From Candidatus Dojkabacteria bacterium (GTDB lineage: Bacteria; Patescibacteriota; Dojkabacteria; B142; WJKM01), in the NCBI GenBank assembly GCA_014729085.1, contig WJKM01000009.1, forward strand, positions 126,590 to 190,589: a DNA stretch of 64,000 nt. The letters run 5' to 3'. The notes beneath the pieces are model-generated. The model did not search any database. It was given only the letters and a program-made list of their open reading frames with translations, and was not told where the DNA came from. Position 1 is the first letter of the stretch, and each line of letters begins with the position of its first letter. Made by a program: the position numbers and the translations under genes. Of the stretch, positions 59,758 to 64,000 are shown in pieces.

Positions 59758-60027
59758 TTAATCTTCAAATAATTCTTCGACTGTCTGCTCTCCAAACTCC
59801 CATCCAGCTCCAACTACAGCACTTGCAGCAAAAACTGTTAATAAAGAACCTAATGCAAATAATAAAGTTTTCCCAATACCTGGTTTTTCATAGTTCGACC
59901 AAGAGTGGATTTCTCCTTCCTTTGGTAACCAATCCTTGCTTTTTTCATCAATATATTCAAATAAGTTATCAAAATTGAATTCAACTACGTGAGTTTGTTT
60001 ACGATTATCTAGTGATTCTTGCATCAT
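59758..60027 (-). CDS. Small hypothetical membrane protein
   Basis: 89-aa ORF with a C-terminal hydrophobic segment; TGTTATAAT upstream on the - strand. Confidence 0.5.
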   Translation of the reverse strand: MMQESLDNRKQTHVVEFNFDNLFEYIDEKSKDWLPKEGEIHSWSNYEKPGIGKTLLFALGSLLTVFAASAVVGAGWEFGEQTVEELFED

Positions 60028-60083
60028 ATTGGAAATTAAAATTATCAGAAATTATAACACCAACGTATATTATCATTTGTTTT

Positions 60084-60536
60084 CTAACTATTTTCTTCCC
60101 ACTCCTTAATTATTTCTAAAGCTTCTTTTTCAAATTCAGAAAGATGGATTAATTCAATCTCTTGATCGAAATTATCTACAATAGCTTGAATTGATCTATG
60201 AGTCTCAAAATATTCTAAATTTACCTTAAGTTGAGAACAAGCATAGACTATCTTACGAATCCCTGCCCAGTACGCTCTTGATATGCACATTAGACATGGT
60301 ATCATTGAGGAATATAAAACAGCGTCTGTTAGTTTACCATTTATTTTTTCAAAAGAATTGTCTATAGCTTTTGAATCTGCATGCCTATGATCTGGATACG
60401 GTGAACTAATCTCTTCGGCAAGTATATCGTTATTTAAAACTACTAAAGCACCAGCAGGAAACCTTCCTTGTTTCTGTGATACATTAGAAAGCTTAATTGC
60501 TTTTTTAATGAATTTACGATGAATTGACTGATTCAT
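60084..60536 (-). CDS. Nucleoside/guanine deaminase-like (CDA fold) protein
   Basis: FPAGALVV, HAD (instead of HAE), PCLMC, WAGIRKIVY. Confidence 0.8.
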   Translation of the reverse strand: MNQSIHRKFIKKAIKLSNVSQKQGRFPAGALVVLNNDILAEEISSPYPDHRHADSKAIDNSFEKINGKLTDAVLYSSMIPCLMCISRAYWAGIRKIVYACSQLKVNLEYFETHRSIQAIVDNFDQEIELIHLSEFEKEALEIIKEWEENS

Positions 60537-60542
60537 TACGGA

Positions 60543-61424
60543 CTATTTATATTTATTTTTAATTTTATCTAGATTATTTAGTAAATTTTCTCTTGGATAA
60601 AATATTCCAAACGTTTTAGGTTTATATTCCCCAGTTTTATAGAAATGCTTTCTACGTTTATTTCTTGTAGAAAATTCAAATTGTTTCCAATATTTTCCAT
60701 TTGGAAGTGCATCGCCAACAAAATACCTTCTACCAACGAGTAAATTATCTTTTAAAAATGTAAAACGACAATACGGTCTGCCATCGCTTGCTTTATTATA
60801 TACAAATGGATCAAACACCCAGGAATCTTCGCAAAAATATCCTTTTATGTCTGGATTGCTATTTAAGACCTGAGATGCTTTTATAAGTGCATCTACATAG
60901 TATTCTACAACCCAATGAGCATGGGGAACACTATACCCGAACCTTGTTAATTCATATCGTTCATTGTTGGAAATTACGTGAAGATGCAAGACTTGAGAAC
61001 TTTCTGTTACCCCGATCTTATTCAATTGTTTTAAAAACTTAGGAGCTACTTTTTCTTTAGAGATGATGAAGTTTTCAAAGGCAATTCCAGGATTTGCAAT
61101 AGACCATATATTTGTTGCGTATTTTATATAAGGATTATTATCAGAAAAAAATTCAATAATTGAATTCTTGTTCAATTTTGATGAGTTTCTTAATTTTTTA
61201 ATTTTCGATTCTAATACTTTTACGAAGAAAGTTCTATTGTCAAAAAGAAATTCAATGTTTTTGTATCCTTTCCAACCAATCGGATTATTGAAAAGGTTGG
61301 ATAAAGAGATAAATATTTCATTTGCATCATCTATATTATAATGCTTGAAGTACTCTTTTAAATACTCTTCTACTTTATTTCCATATCTAGCGGTAACAAT
61401 CTGTCTTATTAGTTTATGTTTCAT
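60543..61424 (-). CDS. Hypothetical protein, possible acyltransferase (GNAT-like) C-terminal domain
   Basis: LHLHV...GYFCEDSWVFDP pattern. Confidence 0.45.
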   Translation of the reverse strand: MKHKLIRQIVTARYGNKVEEYLKEYFKHYNIDDANEIFISLSNLFNNPIGWKGYKNIEFLFDNRTFFVKVLESKIKKLRNSSKLNKNSIIEFFSDNNPYIKYATNIWSIANPGIAFENFIISKEKVAPKFLKQLNKIGVTESSQVLHLHVISNNERYELTRFGYSVPHAHWVVEYYVDALIKASQVLNSNPDIKGYFCEDSWVFDPFVYNKASDGRPYCRFTFLKDNLLVGRRYFVGDALPNGKYWKQFEFSTRNKRRKHFYKTGEYKPKTFGIFYPRENLLNNLDKIKNKYK

Positions 61425-61568
61425 GTTCGATTTAATATTAATATGATGTAATTATATTCTAATCATTATCTTAATTAAAAGTAGATAAATTTGACAAGAT
61501 ATAAAATATAATTTAGTATATACCTATACCTAAGGATATGGTTTAGATAAATTATTAACATTATACAT

Positions 61569-61772
61569 ATGAAAAGATTTCATCATGATCCAGTTTGTGG
61601 AGTAAGGCTTACAAAGGGTAAAGCTTATTATTTTGAAGTAGTTGACGACGAAGAGTATTTACTCTGTTGTCCCGAATGTCAAACTAAATTTATCGATAAA
61701 AAACGATTTTATATTAAAGAACTTAAAAGAAAATATGAAAAAAATAAAAATATAACAAAAAATAGAATTTAA
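61569..61772 (+). CDS. YHS/TRASH metal-binding domain protein
   Basis: DPVCG...YLLCCPECQTKF. Confidence 0.8.
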   Translation: MKRFHHDPVCGVRLTKGKAYYFEVVDDEEYLLCCPECQTKFIDKKRFYIKELKRKYEKNKNITKNRI

Positions 61773-61788
61773 TTTTTAACATTAAATT

Positions 61789-61995
61789 ATGAAAACTTTC
61801 TCTTACGATCCTGTGTGTGGAAAAAAGATGAACGATAAAGAATCCTATGTAGATACAACGCGAAGAATTCATGAAAACATTTATAAATTTTCTTTATGTT
61901 GTCCCGAATGCCATAACAAATTCGAACAAGATAGTATGCATTATTTCTATCAAGCATTAAAATTAGAAAAAAAAGCTAAAGATATGCAAATTTAA
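61789..61995 (+). CDS. YHS/TRASH metal-binding domain protein (tandem paralogue)
   Basis: DPVCG...LCCPECHNKF. Confidence 0.78.
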   Translation: MKTFSYDPVCGKKMNDKESYVDTTRRIHENIYKFSLCCPECHNKFEQDSMHYFYQALKLEKKAKDMQI

Positions 61996-62269
61996 CAGAA
62001 TAATTTATAGTATCAATTTTTATTAATTCTATTATTAGAAAGTATAAACTATATAATTTATTAGCATAAATACCTTTACTTCCACTTCCTCCTATTCGTA
62101 TTAATCCAAATAAGTATATAAGCATATTCCATTTCAACTCTTTACAAATAAATCTAAAGGTGTGTGTACTTGTGCAAACAGTTAATAGTTAAGAATTAAA
62201 TCTGATAGAATAGTTATATATCAACTACCCTATAATATATAAACTATTTTATTTATTATTTTAAATTAT

Positions 62270-63058
62270 ATGTCAAATTTCGAAGCACCCTTGTTTCAAG
62301 GCGGGGATACAGATTTTGATCAAGACGGGCTTACATATGATCAGGAGTTAACTTTCGGAACTGACCCAAACCTATGGGATACGGATGGAGATGGTCTTTC
62401 CGATGCACAAGAAGTTCTTGGATGGGTAAATGTAGGAGATTATACAAGGTATTTTACATCTGATCCAACGCTATGGGATTCAGATGGAGATGGTCTCTCA
62501 GACGGCTGGGAAGTTAAATACGGACCATATTCTGATCCAAATGAAGTTAATTATCATAAATCAGATGCTGATAAGGATGGGTTAAGTGATTATGATGAAA
62601 AGTACGTTTATGGAACTGACCCTTTTCATAATGACACAGATCGAGATGGTTTATCTGATGGGGATGAAGTAGTAAACGCTAAGCGAGTAGGGGAAGTTAA
62701 TATTTATTGGGATGCGGATCCATTAGACGCATATTCAAATGGTGATCAAGTCTATAACGTTGAAACAGAACAATGGGAAAGTTTGACTGATGGCCAAGCA
62801 GCAAGGTGTATGCCTTATGGGGAAACAGCTTGTTTAATAGGAGATACTAATTCACAGGGGTATCCTCCATCTTCTTTTATCCCATTTAATCGAGAGACTG
62901 CAGAGAGAGGTTTACAAGAAGTATCACCAACTCCTACACCAGAACCAACAGTAAGACCAACGAGTTCACCAACAACAGGTGAACAAGGAATACAGATGGC
63001 ACCTGCTTGGTGTGATAAATTAGGCCCATGGGCAAAGTGGGTCCCAGGATGTAGATAA
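62270..63058 (+). CDS. Protein with bacterial TSP3-like Ca-binding repeats and Pro/Thr tail
   Basis: Five D.D.DGL.D..E repeats with TDP spacers; PTPTPEPT region. Confidence 0.75.
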   Translation: MSNFEAPLFQGGDTDFDQDGLTYDQELTFGTDPNLWDTDGDGLSDAQEVLGWVNVGDYTRYFTSDPTLWDSDGDGLSDGWEVKYGPYSDPNEVNYHKSDADKDGLSDYDEKYVYGTDPFHNDTDRDGLSDGDEVVNAKRVGEVNIYWDADPLDAYSNGDQVYNVETEQWESLTDGQAARCMPYGETACLIGDTNSQGYPPSSFIPFNRETAERGLQEVSPTPTPEPTVRPTSSPTTGEQGIQMAPAWCDKLGPWAKWVPGCR

Positions 63059-63068
63059 ATTTTTCAAT

Positions 63069-63100
63069 AAAAAAAGGGAGGCTATGTGCCTCCCTTTTTT
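63069..63100. terminator. Bidirectional intrinsic terminator
   Basis: A7-GGGAGGC-tatgt-GCCTCCC-T6 between convergent genes. Confidence 0.88.
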
Positions 63101-63117
63101 GATATATATTGATTTGT

Positions 63118-63330
63118 TTACTCTTCGTCAACTAATTCAATATTTATAGCATTTAAGCCTTTTTCCGTCTCTTCTATATCAAAGGTAACTACGTCACCTT
63201 TTCTTAGTTTTCTAACGGCAAGTTCACCTTCTAAGGAGTTTTCATGATAGAAAACGTCTTTTTCAGCTTCTTCTGTTTCGATAAAGCCGAATCCTCGTCC
63301 AGTTACTGTTTTTACAGTACCTTTTGCCAT
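63118..63330 (-). CDS. Cold-shock domain protein
   Basis: MAKGTVK...RGFGFI...DVFYH...GDVVTFDIE..KGLNA. Confidence 0.92.
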   Translation of the reverse strand: MAKGTVKTVTGRGFGFIETEEAEKDVFYHENSLEGELAVRKLRKGDVVTFDIEETEKGLNAINIELVDEE

Positions 63331-63447
63331 ATTTGGTTTCTTACAAGTTAAATAATTAAGATTAGAAATAGTTAGATATTTCTAATCTTGCTATCTATTA
63401 TACACCATAAATCATATTTTACTTCCGAAATATCAACAAAAACAATT

Positions 63448-64000
63448 TTATTTGAAGTATCTTACATAGCCAACCTCATCAATAACCTCTTGCCCATGAG
63501 GGCTTAGAAGCCAATTTTTAAGTATATTTGCTTGTTCATTTTCATTATCTTTTCTCATTACAATATATACATAAGTAGTAAGTTCATATTTTTCCGCAGA
63601 AATCGTGTCTTTAGTTGGTAAAATATTATTGATTTTCAATAGTTCAACATTGTCTGCGTATGTCATGGCATTTTTATAGTAAAAAAATGAATATCCGAGA
63701 CCATTTGGATCTGAATCTAGTTTATTAATTAAACCAATCATACTCGGTTTGATCATTTCCTCCATTTCTATTAACTCAGCTCCCTGCATAATTAATAATT
63801 TCATAGTTTCCTGACTACCTGAGTTAGGATTTCTAACATATGCGTTGATTTTATTTTCTTTGCTACATAGATCTTCCCAATTTGAAATTTTTCCACTATA
63901 AATTTCTTTTAAATTTGTAAGACTTAAACTTTCAACTGGATTTTCTTTATGCTTCAAAAAAATAAATGCATCTTTAGCAATCGGAGTAAGTTCAACTTGA
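63448..64000 (-). CDS. PstS-like phosphate-binding protein, C-terminal part (5' end outside the window)
   Basis: Frame is open to the window edge: PIAKDAFIF...NPV..LS...LKEIYSGKI.NW, RNPNSGSQ, WLLSPHGQ. Confidence 0.8.
   Translation of the reverse strand, partial: QVELTPIAKDAFIFLKHKENPVESLSLTNLKEIYSGKISNWEDLCSKENKINAYVRNPNSGSQETMKLLIMQGAELIEMEEMIKPSMIGLINKLDSDPNGLGYSFFYYKNAMTYADNVELLKINNILPTKDTISAEKYELTTYVYIVMRKDNENEQANILKNWLLSPHGQEVIDEVGYVRYFK

Overview
AT-rich bacterial chromosome segment read in genetic code 11 (TGA ends map, the NUDIX gene and the U32 gene). Gene content and style suggest a Patescibacteria/CPR organism, which is an inference. About 1-38 kb is mostly housekeeping and surface genes: CHASE2 adenylate cyclase, FecR, GH18, xth, map, rlmN, P-type ATPase, Fic, RNase D-like, ROK, U32, obg, pcm, dcd, tRNA-Ala and two SLH-phosphodiester-glycosidase paralogues. 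It includes a vitamin-B12 cluster: nrdR, tandem NrdR boxes, class II nrdJ, a cobalamin riboswitch in front of an unknown Zn-ribbon gene, and pduO. An ~8.4 kb integrative element sits in tRNA-Glu, bounded by a 14-bp direct repeat (38255-38268 / 46685-46698). It carries a large serine recombinase whose C-terminus is split by the att site, a MerR-like regulator with twin operators, a Panacea antitoxin-toxin-DCD-domain operon, a BcgI-like restriction-modification pair and a rep gene. Next come a 2726-aa Sec-exported Rhs toxin with its immunity gene and decayed orphan modules, an arsR-thioredoxin-permease operon, and small accessory genes. Best novelty candidates: the excision-dependent recombinase tail and operon switch, the TA-DCD module, the B12-riboswitch-led hypothetical gene, and an unexplained structured RNA upstream of the P-type ATPase. 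All family assignments are from motif recognition only; no searches were run.
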